From Clostridia bacterium (GTDB lineage: Bacteria > Bacillota > Clostridia > Christensenellales > UBA1242): a stretch of 39,831 nt of DNA. Location of the stretch: the NCBI GenBank assembly GCA_017444785.1, contig JAFSVX010000020.1, positions 1 through 39,831 of the forward strand, written 5' to 3'. Each line of letters begins with the position of its first letter. Position 1 is the stretch's first letter. The notes beneath the pieces are model-generated. The model saw nothing but the letters and a program-made list of their open reading frames with translations, did no database searches and was not told the origin of the DNA. The position numbers and the translations under genes were made by a program. Positions 10,801 through 19,982 of the stretch are shown in pieces.

Positions 10801-11324
10801 AAAATGTCCGAGCGAATCGAATATTCCCCCGGCGCCGACACAAGCTCTACTTTTTTGTATCCTGCAAATTGCAGTTTTTCAGCAAGTTTCCTTGGTTCCA
10901 CAATTTGACCAATTTTCACTGAAAAAGTGTTTTCAATTATGCATTTTTTTGTTGGATAAAATCCAAGTGCCAAGGATATTGGCATAATAACAACATCAAG
11001 TTTTTTATTTGCAAGTTTTCCAAGTGTCAACGCATTTTCCATAAGCGTATCAACACTTTTATTTTTTGCATATAAAAGATTGTCGGCAACAGGTTTAATA
11101 ATGCCAACCCTCTCTCCCAAAAGATTTGAAAACATTTCAAAGCATCTGCTTGCCGTGGTAAAGTCTGAAGTTATATAAAGGATCTGCTTTTTAAATCCAA
11201 CAGAAAACACAATTTTGAAAGATTCGCACGCACCAAAAATAGAGCCGTTTTTTCCGGCCCCTACCCCTGTATAAAAGTCCTTCATTTTAGGACTTATGTT
11301 TTGAAGATCAAAATAGTCTTTCAT
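7887..11324 (-). CDS. mfd: Transcription-repair coupling factor
   Basis: CarD/RID domain GDYVVH..HGIG, GDVGFGKT, DEEQKFG, QLRGRVGR, TRCF C-terminus. Confidence 0.97.
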   Translation of the reverse strand: MKDYFDLQNISPKMKDFYTGVGAGKNGSIFGACESFKIVFSVGFKKQILYITSDFTTASRCFEMFSNLLGERVGIIKPVADNLLYAKNKSVDTLMENALTLGKLANKKLDVVIMPISLALGFYPTKKCIIENTFSVKIGQIVEPRKLAEKLQFAGYKKVELVSAPGEYSIRSDILDVLPLGENIAYRIDFFDREIDDICELDPQNMKKGKKIKDLTFYPCKNIFLNAGEKEKIIKYLKSIDQRKFEDNTAKEEYTKCVNDLIFKLESGDAGFNLDYLMPLIENKASIFDFFDDQVTVIDECKMVYDEGSSYSKEFQSRVKELFSRGTCLSKDDNLIDFADFVKKMSSGKAVVFQKITNTNKFFQPEIILEEKALPVSRYTHSLKDLAKDLKKYDFEGYRNIIFAGNSEDAKHIQRTLKDYGIDYEIKKSSNLSISDDMIIPEEFVSGFVLPAHKILVLGTYDILPRKMQESRLKVQRKNVFSVPKVGDYVVHNFHGIGICEGVTKLSGNFGTKDYVVVRYAGDDKLYVPIDQMDMLDKFSGAETPKKLSKIGGADFAKVKEKVKTSVKKLAFDLLALYAEREKKKGYVYSPDNELQIEFENSFPYTETEDQLISISEIKKDMENGKVMDRLLCGDVGFGKTEVALRVAFKAILAGKQVAFMAPTTILSEQHYNTAKIRMENFGAKIEVLNRFKTPKQVDDILNRLAKGEIDIICGTHRLLSKDVSFKDLGLIILDEEQKFGVEDKEKIKLKYPNVDVLTLSATPIPRTLHMSLSGIRDVSIISTPPSERLPVATFVTEQTDELIRDAIKKEMNRGGQTFVLFNSVEHIYAFADKIRKLVPDARVLVGHGQMPGKQLEDIIYQFYHGMADVLVCTTIIENGIDIENANTLIVIDSDRFGLSQLYQLRGRVGRGSKMAYAYLTYNPGKVLTEEAYKRLDAISEFTEFGSGFKLAMRDLEIRGSGNVLGAEQHGHMQKVGYELYSKLLAQAVQELKGEKVEEKQDVLVKISLDAFIPDTYMTKSEDRMVAYKTIASITSVDEKERVIRDFENTFGKIPQPTLNLIDIALVKAKAGRLKAKEIVSTATSLEIIFDDKNKIIDNAEIGELLYKFRMRCNLDFSSAPKICFKTGDTAEQNFKLLKDFLAGV

Positions 11325-11325
11325 T

Positions 11326-11886
11326 TTAGTTTACTTTTTGCATGATTTGATCAAGAGAGCTTCCCGTAATAAACATCTCAAGTGCTTCCGCCGCCTTGCA
11401 AAGCCCAGCATTTATGCCCTCTTTATCGGTAAACTTTGCGGTGACAAAGTCCACAAGATCCACATGCTCTGGAGGCTTTCCAACCCCCACGCGAAGCCTC
11501 ACAAATTCGGTAGTGTTGATCTCTTTAATAACACTTCTCAGTCCGTTATGCGTTCCCGCACTGCCAGACTGCCTTACTCGCACGCGCCCGATATCCAAAT
11601 CAATGTCATCACTTATTATAATCATATCTTTGGCGGTGTCAATACCAAATTTTGATATAAGACTTTTAACCGCAATTCCACTTGCATTCATATATGTTGT
11701 TGGCTTTGCCAAAATAATTTTCTCGCCACCACAATTAAACTCACCCACCATGCTGCTACACATATTTTTGGCTATCTTAACATTATACTTCTTTGCAAGC
11801 ATATCCACAGCCATAAAGCCCATATTATGATTGGTGTTTTCAAATTCTTTGCCAATATTTCCAAGTCCTATAACCAGCTTAGCCAT
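11326..11886 (-). CDS. pth: Peptidyl-tRNA hydrolase
   Basis: GLGN.G, HNMGF, KPTTYMNASG, GTHNGL motifs. Confidence 0.95.
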   Translation of the reverse strand: MAKLVIGLGNIGKEFENTNHNMGFMAVDMLAKKYNVKIAKNMCSSMVGEFNCGGEKIILAKPTTYMNASGIAVKSLISKFGIDTAKDMIIISDDIDLDIGRVRVRQSGSAGTHNGLRSVIKEINTTEFVRLRVGVGKPPEHVDLVDFVTAKFTDKEGINAGLCKAAEALEMFITGSSLDQIMQKVN

Positions 11887-13033
11887 TTTGCCCTCTCTTT
11901 AATGAATGTTTCACCTCTTCACCAGCTTTGACCGTGACACCTGTTTCAATGACAACTTTTTCCGAGATTTTGACCTGATCCCCAATCTTCACCTCTTTTT
12001 GAATATAGACTGGTTTTATCTCTGTTCCATTTATCTGGCAGTTGTTTCCAACCACGCATCTTTCATCCAAAGTAAGATAATTTATGATTGTATTTCTTCC
12101 AATAATGCAGTGCTCACCAATAATTGCGTTTGAAATGATTGAGTCCTCCAAAATAACAGCGCCCTCTTTGATCGCCGTATTTTCAAGAAGCTTCACACCT
12201 GATTTTATCTTGGCATTTTCCATGACAACAGCGCCGTCAATTCTTGCGCCCTCAACAACTGCACCACTTAAAACTTTTGCGTTACTCAGAGTGCTTCTTG
12301 ATAAAATCTTTGCGTTTTTCTCAATATCTGTATCACCGGTAAGACTGACAAACTCGCCAATGACCGTTCCTTCACCAATGGAAACATTTGCATCAATATA
12401 GATTGTTTCAGGCGCCTTAAAATGCACTCCATTTTTCATGTGATAGGTTATGACACGATTTTTCAAAATATCACTTATGATACTAAGCGTTTCATAAGAA
12501 GATGCAACCATAAAGTCCTCTTCTTGAAAATAATATATCGAAGGTGAATAGATCTCGTCCACACGCTTAATATACTCAGTCTTAAACACCCAGCCACGAG
12601 TGAGTTTGCAAACATTAAGTCCTTTTGCCTTTGCAAAGTCCAAGATGTTAAGCACATTATTTTTAGTAATAAGTGGAGTGTCCGCAAACAAGACAAGTGT
12701 ATATTCACTCTTGCCCAAAAATGGCTTAATTTTGCCAAGCACAGTTTCTTTTTCGTGATCAAACTTTAAGCAGTTTGGATAGCTTGGACACGCCCTGACA
12801 ACATATTGATACATAGGATTTCCCAAAAGATCAATGTTAAAGCTTCCGTCTTTCGCCTTAAATTCTGGAAAATCTTCCATCAAAACAAAGCAGTCAACAC
12901 TGGCCGCCTCGTTATCCCTTTTGATAAGTCTTGGATCAGTCTTTATTTTATCGCCTGCAACAATATTAAGATCAAGGTAATCCTCAATACTTTCTTTTTC
13001 CAAAGTTTCAACTTCACTCATAATTTTATCCAT
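11879..13033 (-). CDS. GlmU-like protein with degenerate catalytic motifs
   Basis: GlmU position upstream of pth-mfd; LLGNPMYQYV, LFADTPLI, MKNGVHFKAPETIYIDANVSIG linker, then hexapeptide repeats; no LAAGxGTRM motif. Confidence 0.7.
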   Translation of the reverse strand: MDKIMSEVETLEKESIEDYLDLNIVAGDKIKTDPRLIKRDNEAASVDCFVLMEDFPEFKAKDGSFNIDLLGNPMYQYVVRACPSYPNCLKFDHEKETVLGKIKPFLGKSEYTLVLFADTPLITKNNVLNILDFAKAKGLNVCKLTRGWVFKTEYIKRVDEIYSPSIYYFQEEDFMVASSYETLSIISDILKNRVITYHMKNGVHFKAPETIYIDANVSIGEGTVIGEFVSLTGDTDIEKNAKILSRSTLSNAKVLSGAVVEGARIDGAVVMENAKIKSGVKLLENTAIKEGAVILEDSIISNAIIGEHCIIGRNTIINYLTLDERCVVGNNCQINGTEIKPVYIQKEVKIGDQVKISEKVVIETGVTVKAGEEVKHSLKRGQNG

Positions 13034-13039
13034 AACCTT

Positions 13040-13068
13040 ATTTTAAATAAATATTATTCCTTTGTCAA
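13040..13068 (-). promoter_or_regulatory. sigmaA promoter, leaderless start of the glmU-like/pth/mfd operon
   Basis: TTGACA-N17-TAAAAT-N6-ATG. Confidence 0.7.
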
Positions 13069-13081
13069 ACTTTTATAAACT

Positions 13082-13570
13082 TCAATTTCGTTTATTTTTA
13101 AAATATGACGAAATCAGCTCAGAGCATTCCGCTTCTTTCACTCCACCAATAAATTCGGTAACATGGTTAAGTTCTGCTTGTTTTGCAATATCATTTATGT
13201 CCAGCGCATTTTCTTTGTTGTTCTTTGCACCAAAATAGACAGTTTTTATTCTGCTGTTTAGGACAGCCCCAAGACACATCAAACATGGCTCAAGCGTCAC
13301 ATACATCACTGCTCCGTTAAGCCGAAAATCTTTAAGTTTCTTGCAAGCCTTTCTTATTGCAATAATTTCCGCATGGCTGGTGGCATCATGACCATGTTGC
13401 CGAGTGTTATATCCCTTCGCAATAATTTTCCCATCAAGAACAATCACTGCGCCAATTGGCACCTCATCTTTTTTCAATGCCTTTTTTGCAAGCTCAAGCG
13501 CCTCACCCATAAAGATATCATGGCTGATGTCTTTTGTTTGTTTTTTAATTGTTTTTTGTCTTTTTTCCAT
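13082..13570 (-). CDS. tadA: tRNA adenosine(34) deaminase
   Basis: EVPIGAV, HAEI, TLEPCLMC motifs. Confidence 0.9.
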   Translation of the reverse strand: MEKRQKTIKKQTKDISHDIFMGEALELAKKALKKDEVPIGAVIVLDGKIIAKGYNTRQHGHDATSHAEIIAIRKACKKLKDFRLNGAVMYVTLEPCLMCLGAVLNSRIKTVYFGAKNNKENALDINDIAKQAELNHVTEFIGGVKEAECSELISSYFKNKRN

Positions 13571-13596
13571 TTGTTAATCCCACTATTTTATCAAAT

Positions 13597-14469
13597 TTAT
13601 TTGTAGGTTTGAAATATTTTCATAGCCTTCGGAAGTAATTTTATCACATTTTTATTTTTTTGGTAAATCTCTGGCAAAAATTTTTCAGAAATTGGATGAG
13701 AAAGATTGTCGCTTCCCACCTCAACAGTGATTGACGGAATTTTCAGTTTTTGCACGCACCAATCCTTATATCCACCACTGCTTGACTTCTCTGTGCTTTT
13801 TATCTTATACCCAGTCGCCTTTGCAAAAAGTTTTGCTATTTTTTTATCCCTTTTCCTTTCTCTGCCACTTTGATAAAAATCATAATAAATTTCTTCACCT
13901 TTGCAGTGATAACTTATCGTAAAGCAAGGTTTCACCTTTTTTGTCAAACTGACAAGCGCCTTGACCTCTGGCTCACTTTCAGGCCTCTTACCAATATATC
14001 CATGAAACGCCGGCAGTTTTACATTTTCTTTTCCTGTTCCCCAGTTTGCATCAAAGTTATTATTGAGGTCCACAGCATTTGCATTTGCTTTAAAAAGTGT
14101 AAAATCTTCATTTTTTATATTGATTTTTTGCAATTTAAATTTAACTTTTTCATTTTTAACACTTTTAAGCCCATGACAAGAAATCATCACTCCATCAGGA
14201 TTTGCCATTGGAACAAAGATAATGTTTGGCATATTTAACTGCTTATAAAATTCAAAGTTTTTTGATACATCTTTTATAAACTTTACCACCAAAGATGTTG
14301 TAATGTGTTCCCTTGCATGAATTGACGCCTGAATGATGACATTATAATTACTATGAAAATCAAAATAAACAGCATAAATATTTCTGCCAAGCACACTTTT
14401 ACCAATAACATCCACATCAGCATTTGGTATTTTGTTTTTTAAAAATTTTTCAAGTTTAACATAGTCCAT
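13597..14469 (-). CDS. M14 zinc carboxypeptidase (gamma-D-glutamyl-meso-DAP peptidase-like)
   Basis: IHAREH, NPDG, KANANAVDLNNNF, SEPE, ISYH, TVEVG motifs. Confidence 0.85.
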   Translation of the reverse strand: MDYVKLEKFLKNKIPNADVDVIGKSVLGRNIYAVYFDFHSNYNVIIQASIHAREHITTSLVVKFIKDVSKNFEFYKQLNMPNIIFVPMANPDGVMISCHGLKSVKNEKVKFKLQKINIKNEDFTLFKANANAVDLNNNFDANWGTGKENVKLPAFHGYIGKRPESEPEVKALVSLTKKVKPCFTISYHCKGEEIYYDFYQSGRERKRDKKIAKLFAKATGYKIKSTEKSSSGGYKDWCVQKLKIPSITVEVGSDNLSHPISEKFLPEIYQKNKNVIKLLPKAMKIFQTYK

Positions 14470-14517
14470 AAAATATCCTCAGACTATGTTATGAGTGGCC
14501 TTAAATTAAAGTTACTT

Positions 14518-15723
14518 TTACGCGCCAAACCCACTTATAAGTGCCAAAATCCAATCAGTAACAAGATAGATAAGTGAAACAGAAAGCAAAATAATACCCG
14601 CAATCTTCAAACTGCTCTCTTTTTCTTTTTTCGCAGCATCTTCCGCCTGCACGGCTGCACTTTCGTCATCAGGTTTTACATCTGCAGTTTTAGTGTTAAT
14701 CGCTTCATTATCCTCATAATCTTTCATCTCTGCAACAAGTTGTTTCAAAAGTTGAACTTCAGTTTTACTCAAATTTTCTTTTGCAGTCAGCGAAAGCATA
14801 AGCTCTTTATTTTTCTGATATTTTTTATCATTTTGTGTTTTGATTGCTTTTATGCAAACATATATGATATATGCCCCAAGCGTTGCAAAAGCCAAGCTGA
14901 AAACCAAAGTCATTGCAAGTGATCCCCAAGAAGAAAGTTGCTCCGCCGCATCACCACCTGCAGTTTCCGCCGTTTTTGGAAGGAAACTTGTTATATAGAT
15001 CATTGTAACTGAAATAAAGTTATTCAAGAAGTGGATAAGAATTGTCATCCAAATACTTCCAGAATATATAAAAACATAGCCCAAGATCACGCCCAAAATA
15101 AACTGATGAACAGTTTGCTCAGGGCCTCCGTGCATAAGCATAAATATAAGCGCGCTCATAAGCACTGCAAAATGTTTTCCCTTACCCCTGAATCCTTGCA
15201 AAATAACACCACGGAAAAGTGATTCTTCGCAAACAGCTGGCACAGCGCAAACAACAATGACATAAAGAAGATAAACGCCAAAGTTCGGTATTGCCATGTT
15301 ACTGAGCGAAGTTGTATACCCAAATTTTTGCAAAGATATAACAAAAACATTTGTAAGGCCAGAGAAAGCAAAAATGGATACAAAAGATATCAAAACTGCA
15401 AAAAGTATCATAAGTTTTGTTGGTTTTTTGTTAAATGTTGTTGCTTTGAAATATTTAACCTTAGTATTGTTTGCAGCAATAAGGCCAGCAACAAAAAACA
15501 CTGCTTCAACCGCAATTGCAATCACAATATATAAAGTCAGATACAAAAACACTGAATGATCAACAAGTCTTTCTTGTATGTCTTTTGTCCAGAACTTTCT
15601 TACAAAAAGCTTAGTAACCAAAAGTAAAACAATAAAAGCCATACAGGCAAAACTGCTGTCAAAAAAGTCAAATTTATCTTTTTTTGTTTTCAGTTTTTTT
15701 GTTATTTCAACCTGATTTTCCAT
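14518..15723 (-). CDS. CPBP/CAAX-family intramembrane glutamic endopeptidase
   Basis: EESLFRG, FMLMH and HFLNN motifs; multiple TM helices. Confidence 0.9.
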   Translation of the reverse strand: MENQVEITKKLKTKKDKFDFFDSSFACMAFIVLLLVTKLFVRKFWTKDIQERLVDHSVFLYLTLYIVIAIAVEAVFFVAGLIAANNTKVKYFKATTFNKKPTKLMILFAVLISFVSIFAFSGLTNVFVISLQKFGYTTSLSNMAIPNFGVYLLYVIVVCAVPAVCEESLFRGVILQGFRGKGKHFAVLMSALIFMLMHGGPEQTVHQFILGVILGYVFIYSGSIWMTILIHFLNNFISVTMIYITSFLPKTAETAGGDAAEQLSSWGSLAMTLVFSLAFATLGAYIIYVCIKAIKTQNDKKYQKNKELMLSLTAKENLSKTEVQLLKQLVAEMKDYEDNEAINTKTADVKPDDESAAVQAEDAAKKEKESSLKIAGIILLSVSLIYLVTDWILALISGFGA

Positions 15724-15725
15724 AC

Positions 15726-16529
15726 CTAATCCTCACTTTCAGAAAAATAAAAGTTATTTCCGTTTTTATCTTGTCTGCTGTATCTTAAATATACATCTTT
15801 TTCCAAAATAAATCCAGCATTTTCAAGGGCTTTTGCACTTGTAAGATAGGCCTGCTCTGGCGTATTTGAATTTTCACTGAGATGCGAAAGCACAAAATAT
15901 CTTGTCCCATTTTTTGCGAGTTTCACGATAATATCCGCAGCCTGATCATTTGAAAGATGCCCGTGATCACTAATTATCCTTTGTTTAACAATATATGGGT
16001 ACATGCACCCCATAAGCATCTTTTTGTCATGGTTAGATTCAATAAACACCAAATCACTGCCATTCATCGCGTCAAGCATATTCTCTGGCATATAACCAAG
16101 GTCAGTTGCAATCGATATCTTTTTGCCACCAACTGAAAAAACAAAACCAAGACAAACCTTGCTGTCATGTGGAAGCAAATAAGGCATAATGCGAACATCA
16201 CCAACACTGAAAGCATACTCTGAAATCTCAATAACCTTGTCAATATTTCTGCCCTGCAAATCTTTTAAGCAATCACTTACAATGTCTTTATGTATAAAAC
16301 ATTTTGGATTGTATTTTTTCAAAAAAGCACAAAGACCTTTGATGTGGTCGCTGTGTTCATGAGTAATGATTATTGCATCAATATTTTCCGGTGTTTCCCC
16401 AATATTTTTAAGTCTTTTTGTAAGCTCAGACAAAGAAAATCCAACATCAAGAAGAATCTTTGCATTTTTTGTCTGCAAAAATGTGCAATTACCTTTACTG
16501 CCCGAACCCAAATTTACAATTCTCATCAT
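15726..16529 (-). CDS. YycJ/WalJ-like MBL-fold hydrolase
   Basis: LGSGSKGN, THEHSDH, PHD, ESNHD, GHLSN, HLSENSN motifs; start moved to the ATG after GAGG. Confidence 0.88.
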   Translation of the reverse strand: MMRIVNLGSGSKGNCTFLQTKNAKILLDVGFSLSELTKRLKNIGETPENIDAIIITHEHSDHIKGLCAFLKKYNPKCFIHKDIVSDCLKDLQGRNIDKVIEISEYAFSVGDVRIMPYLLPHDSKVCLGFVFSVGGKKISIATDLGYMPENMLDAMNGSDLVFIESNHDKKMLMGCMYPYIVKQRIISDHGHLSNDQAADIIVKLAKNGTRYFVLSHLSENSNTPEQAYLTSAKALENAGFILEKDVYLRYSRQDKNGNNFYFSESED

Positions 16530-16583
16530 CAGCCTCAAATAGATTGTAACACATAAGACAAATTTGTGCAATTAAAATTCAAA

Positions 16584-18089
16584 TTATCTTATCTCTCCAA
16601 CAATAGTTTTCCCTGAAAGCCAGCTGTCAAAAAATCCTTCAATATCTCGTCCTGCGGTTTTTCTGAAAGATTCAATCAAGTCGTCAGTGGTGGCAATTTT
16701 AAATTTATAAGTTGAAAAATATTTTTTGAAACAACTGTTTAACTTTTTTGCGCCTATGACACTTCTTAAACTGTCAAACATAATAATTCCCTTAACATAG
16801 ACCATGTAAGAATATTCATACTCGCTGTTATACTCATTCACCGGAAGCAGCATGCTTGTTTTAATGTTACCCTCCACAACATTGACAATATCCGCATAAA
16901 GAGTATACATTGCCGTTGCTTGATTGACCAGCTCGTCATAGGCCATTTGGTATTCAGGGTGAGCCTCGAAAAACAGCAATGTGCTATATTCTGCCAAACT
17001 TTCATCAAGCCAAGCTTCTGTTACCTCGTTATTTCCAACAAGACCATACCACCATTGATGCGCAACCTCATGCACAATCACCTTAGCGATATCAAACGGC
17101 TCGGTTATGCTGTCTGAAATAATGACAAGATTTGGATATTCCATTCCCCCATGAACAAACGGAGCCTTTACTATTGTGAGCGTAGCGTATGGATATTTTC
17201 CAAAAGTTTTGTTGAAAAATGTTACAGCCTTTACTGCTGTATCCAAACATTGTTTGATGTTCTCATCTTTTTCATAGCCCACATACGTAATTTGTGTTTT
17301 TTCAGAGATTTTTGTTTCAATTTGAGCATTTTGAGTTAAAAACATGGCAAAATCACGAACTGCAAGGGCTTTGTAAATATCGGTTTTTTTATCATCACTT
17401 GCAACACTTTTAACACACTGACCTGTGCTTGCCAAATTGTATGACTTTGGATAATTGACCTCAACTTCAAAATTTGCAATATCTGAAAAGAAAGGATCGC
17501 CCGTGCTGTAATAAGGAGCTACTTTAAAATCCCCTTCTTTATAGATCGCAAGTATTGGAAAAAAGTTTCCAAGATTTATGCTCCCACCAAAAAAGCCAAG
17601 CCTGTGGGTACATTCCGGCAAGGTCACAACATAATCAATGTGCACCAAGACACTTTCTTTTGGCTCAACAGTTGTTTCAAGCGGGATTTTGAGTGCGTTA
17701 TTATCTTCTCCACAAATGGAATAGACAGATGTTTTATCATTAACTTTCAGATTAGTGATGACAATATCCCCATAACTTATCCCATTTGGGAAGACCTTGC
17801 CACTATTTCCCGCCGTATATGGCAAAATCACAGCATCTTCGCTGAAAGCTGAGGCATACAAATTGAAACAAACTTCACCAAGAGGCACTAAGTTATTGTT
17901 TACAACATTCACATCTTGAGAACAAAAAAGTTGCATGTTATCCTCATCAATATCAACATTTATCTTATAATTGGATAAATCTTTACTGACCTTTTTGATT
18001 TGACCGCCGGCACTGCAACCTGACAAATAAAATAAAACAATAAATAAAGAAAACAAACATGCTGTGAAAAGGTATACTTTCTTTTTCAT
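16584..18089 (-). CDS. M1 family aminopeptidase, probable lipoprotein
   Basis: GGMEYP and HEVAHQWW..WLDE motifs; lipobox LSGC. Confidence 0.9.
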   Translation of the reverse strand: MKKKVYLFTACLFSLFIVLFYLSGCSAGGQIKKVSKDLSNYKINVDIDEDNMQLFCSQDVNVVNNNLVPLGEVCFNLYASAFSEDAVILPYTAGNSGKVFPNGISYGDIVITNLKVNDKTSVYSICGEDNNALKIPLETTVEPKESVLVHIDYVVTLPECTHRLGFFGGSINLGNFFPILAIYKEGDFKVAPYYSTGDPFFSDIANFEVEVNYPKSYNLASTGQCVKSVASDDKKTDIYKALAVRDFAMFLTQNAQIETKISEKTQITYVGYEKDENIKQCLDTAVKAVTFFNKTFGKYPYATLTIVKAPFVHGGMEYPNLVIISDSITEPFDIAKVIVHEVAHQWWYGLVGNNEVTEAWLDESLAEYSTLLFFEAHPEYQMAYDELVNQATAMYTLYADIVNVVEGNIKTSMLLPVNEYNSEYEYSYMVYVKGIIMFDSLRSVIGAKKLNSCFKKYFSTYKFKIATTDDLIESFRKTAGRDIEGFFDSWLSGKTIVGEIR

Positions 18090-18313
18090 CATAACCTCTT
18101 TAAAGCATATGACCAACCAAATTTCATTATGAATTATAAGTTTAAAACATCTTTAACATTATCGCTTAAAACAAAATAAGTTTGCTTACAACACTTTTTG
18201 TTTACATAAAACAATTTTAAAATGATGCACCCATTTCTTTAACAATGTAAAATGTTACAATAAATCGCAATAAAAAAACACCTCAGCATTTTATCTGAAG
18301 TGTTTTATTTATT

Positions 18314-19426
18314 TTATCTGTGCATGCCGCTTCCGTTTTCTTCTTCATCATCAATTGATGGCTCTTTAACGATTTCACCAGTGTTAGTATTTTCATCATC
18401 ACCTGCAGAAACAGGAGTTACGCTGCCTTCACCTTGCTCCACTGCAGCTCCGGTTCCGTTTGTTGAATAGTTGTTTCCAGAGTTTTGACCATCGGAATAA
18501 CCCTTATCATAAGCATCTTTGTTATCAACTGTAATATCAACTGAGTCTTGACCTTCTTTATAACCTTTGTCGTATGCGTCTTGGTTGTCTGTTGTGATAT
18601 CAACTGAGTCTTGACCTTCTTTATAACCTTTGTCATATGCACCTTGGTTATCCGACTCTCTCCATCTGTTAAGATAGTCCGCATCGCTCTCACCTTCAAG
18701 TCTTGGGAAATCAGGCAATTCAAGAACAGGAATCTCGGCAGACTTACCGTCGTTATAGCCTTGATCATAAGCATCTTGGTTATCAATTGTGATATCAACT
18801 GAATTTTTACCAGCTTCATAGCTGTCTTTTTTATCCTTTTTCCAACCAAATAAATGAGTTGCGGCAAGTATTCCTAATGATGCAATTGCAGCGATAGAAA
18901 CACCAATCAACGCTCTTTTAAATCCTTGTTGTTTTTTAAAAAGAGTTTGCGCCTTTTGTTGTTCTTTATCAAGCAAGACTTTGTTATTATATGCCCTTGT
19001 TTGAGCTTCTGCCCAATTCTTTTTTGCTTGTGCAAGTTCTGCTTCCAGACCAGATTGATTGCTCTGGTTTTGGAATTCATTGAGTGCTGCTTGCAATTTT
19101 ACAGGATCAGTTACATCTTCAAGAGTTTGAATATTTACATTTGCTCTTGTGCCATCATCAGCAGCAGGGCTTAAAATGTCAAAAACAATCTGATCAACCC
19201 CAGCTGGATAGATAATTTTTCCGTTATCTGAAACAGGGTTTGCATACACTCCATTTTTCAAGTCTGAAATAAATTTAAGCGCAGCCTGTTTATTTGCTTT
19301 TTTATTTACATAATCAAGACTGTTAAGAACATTTTCCAATTTTACGAAAAGTTCGTTAACATTTTGCGCTTGATCAAATCTTTCTCCGGTTTTTGGTGTT
19401 ACGGCTTTGTTCTTCATAACATTCAT
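18314..19426 (-). CDS. Orphan single-TM protein with coiled coil and 21-aa AYDKGYKEG repeats
   Basis: GGGAGG RBS, TTGACA-N17-TAAAAT promoter, TM segment ALIGVSIAAIASLGILAA, downstream terminator. Confidence 0.8.
   Translation of the reverse strand: MNVMKNKAVTPKTGERFDQAQNVNELFVKLENVLNSLDYVNKKANKQAALKFISDLKNGVYANPVSDNGKIIYPAGVDQIVFDILSPAADDGTRANVNIQTLEDVTDPVKLQAALNEFQNQSNQSGLEAELAQAKKNWAEAQTRAYNNKVLLDKEQQKAQTLFKKQQGFKRALIGVSIAAIASLGILAATHLFGWKKDKKDSYEAGKNSVDITIDNQDAYDQGYNDGKSAEIPVLELPDFPRLEGESDADYLNRWRESDNQGAYDKGYKEGQDSVDITTDNQDAYDKGYKEGQDSVDITVDNKDAYDKGYSDGQNSGNNYSTNGTGAAVEQGEGSVTPVSAGDDENTNTGEIVKEPSIDDEEENGSGMHR
18485..18650 (-). repeat. 63-bp (21-aa) intragenic tandem repeat
   Basis: atatcaactgagtcttgaccttctttataacctttgtc is identical at 18534 and 18597; a further diverged copy lies near 18750-18820. 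Confidence 0.85.
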
Positions 19427-19982
19427 CCTCCCTCTTGCTGCCTTTAAGCATCAGCAATTGCTTTTCAAATGTATTTTTCTCGTTTAGCGAAAGTATTTTA
19501 GCACATTTCAGCCATAATGTCAATACCCACCAGTCACAAAATTCGCAAAACATAAAAACTATGCCAAAAAACGCAAAACAGTCAATTTTTCTCGCCTTTC
19601 TCAGTGAAATTTATGCAATTTTTGACATGAAATTTCAACTTAGCTTTATTTTTGCCTCAAAATATGCCATTTTTATCTCAAAAAATGCCTATATTTTTCA
19701 CAAATTTTTCAATTTTTTTCTAAATTTGCAAATTATTTCCTATAAAGTCCTCAAAATCTATATCAAAACGCAGAAAATTTTAGGATAATTTGATTATTTT
19801 TATCAGTTTTAAAGCATAAAAATTAAATATTTTACGCTTTTTTATATTGTCTGATCACAAAAATCAATTCTTGTTATTCATATTGAGACCTTAAATGCTG
19901 TATATCAAAGTAAATTTTCTTAATTCTGAATATCAAAATAAAAATTTCTTAATTCTGGTCATTAAAACCAAACAATTTAATT

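Noticed and set aside
19435-19788. 117-aa ORF in the AT-rich intergenic region
   Set aside because: TTG start without RBS, F/K/I/N low-complexity composition, and it overlaps the divergent promoter
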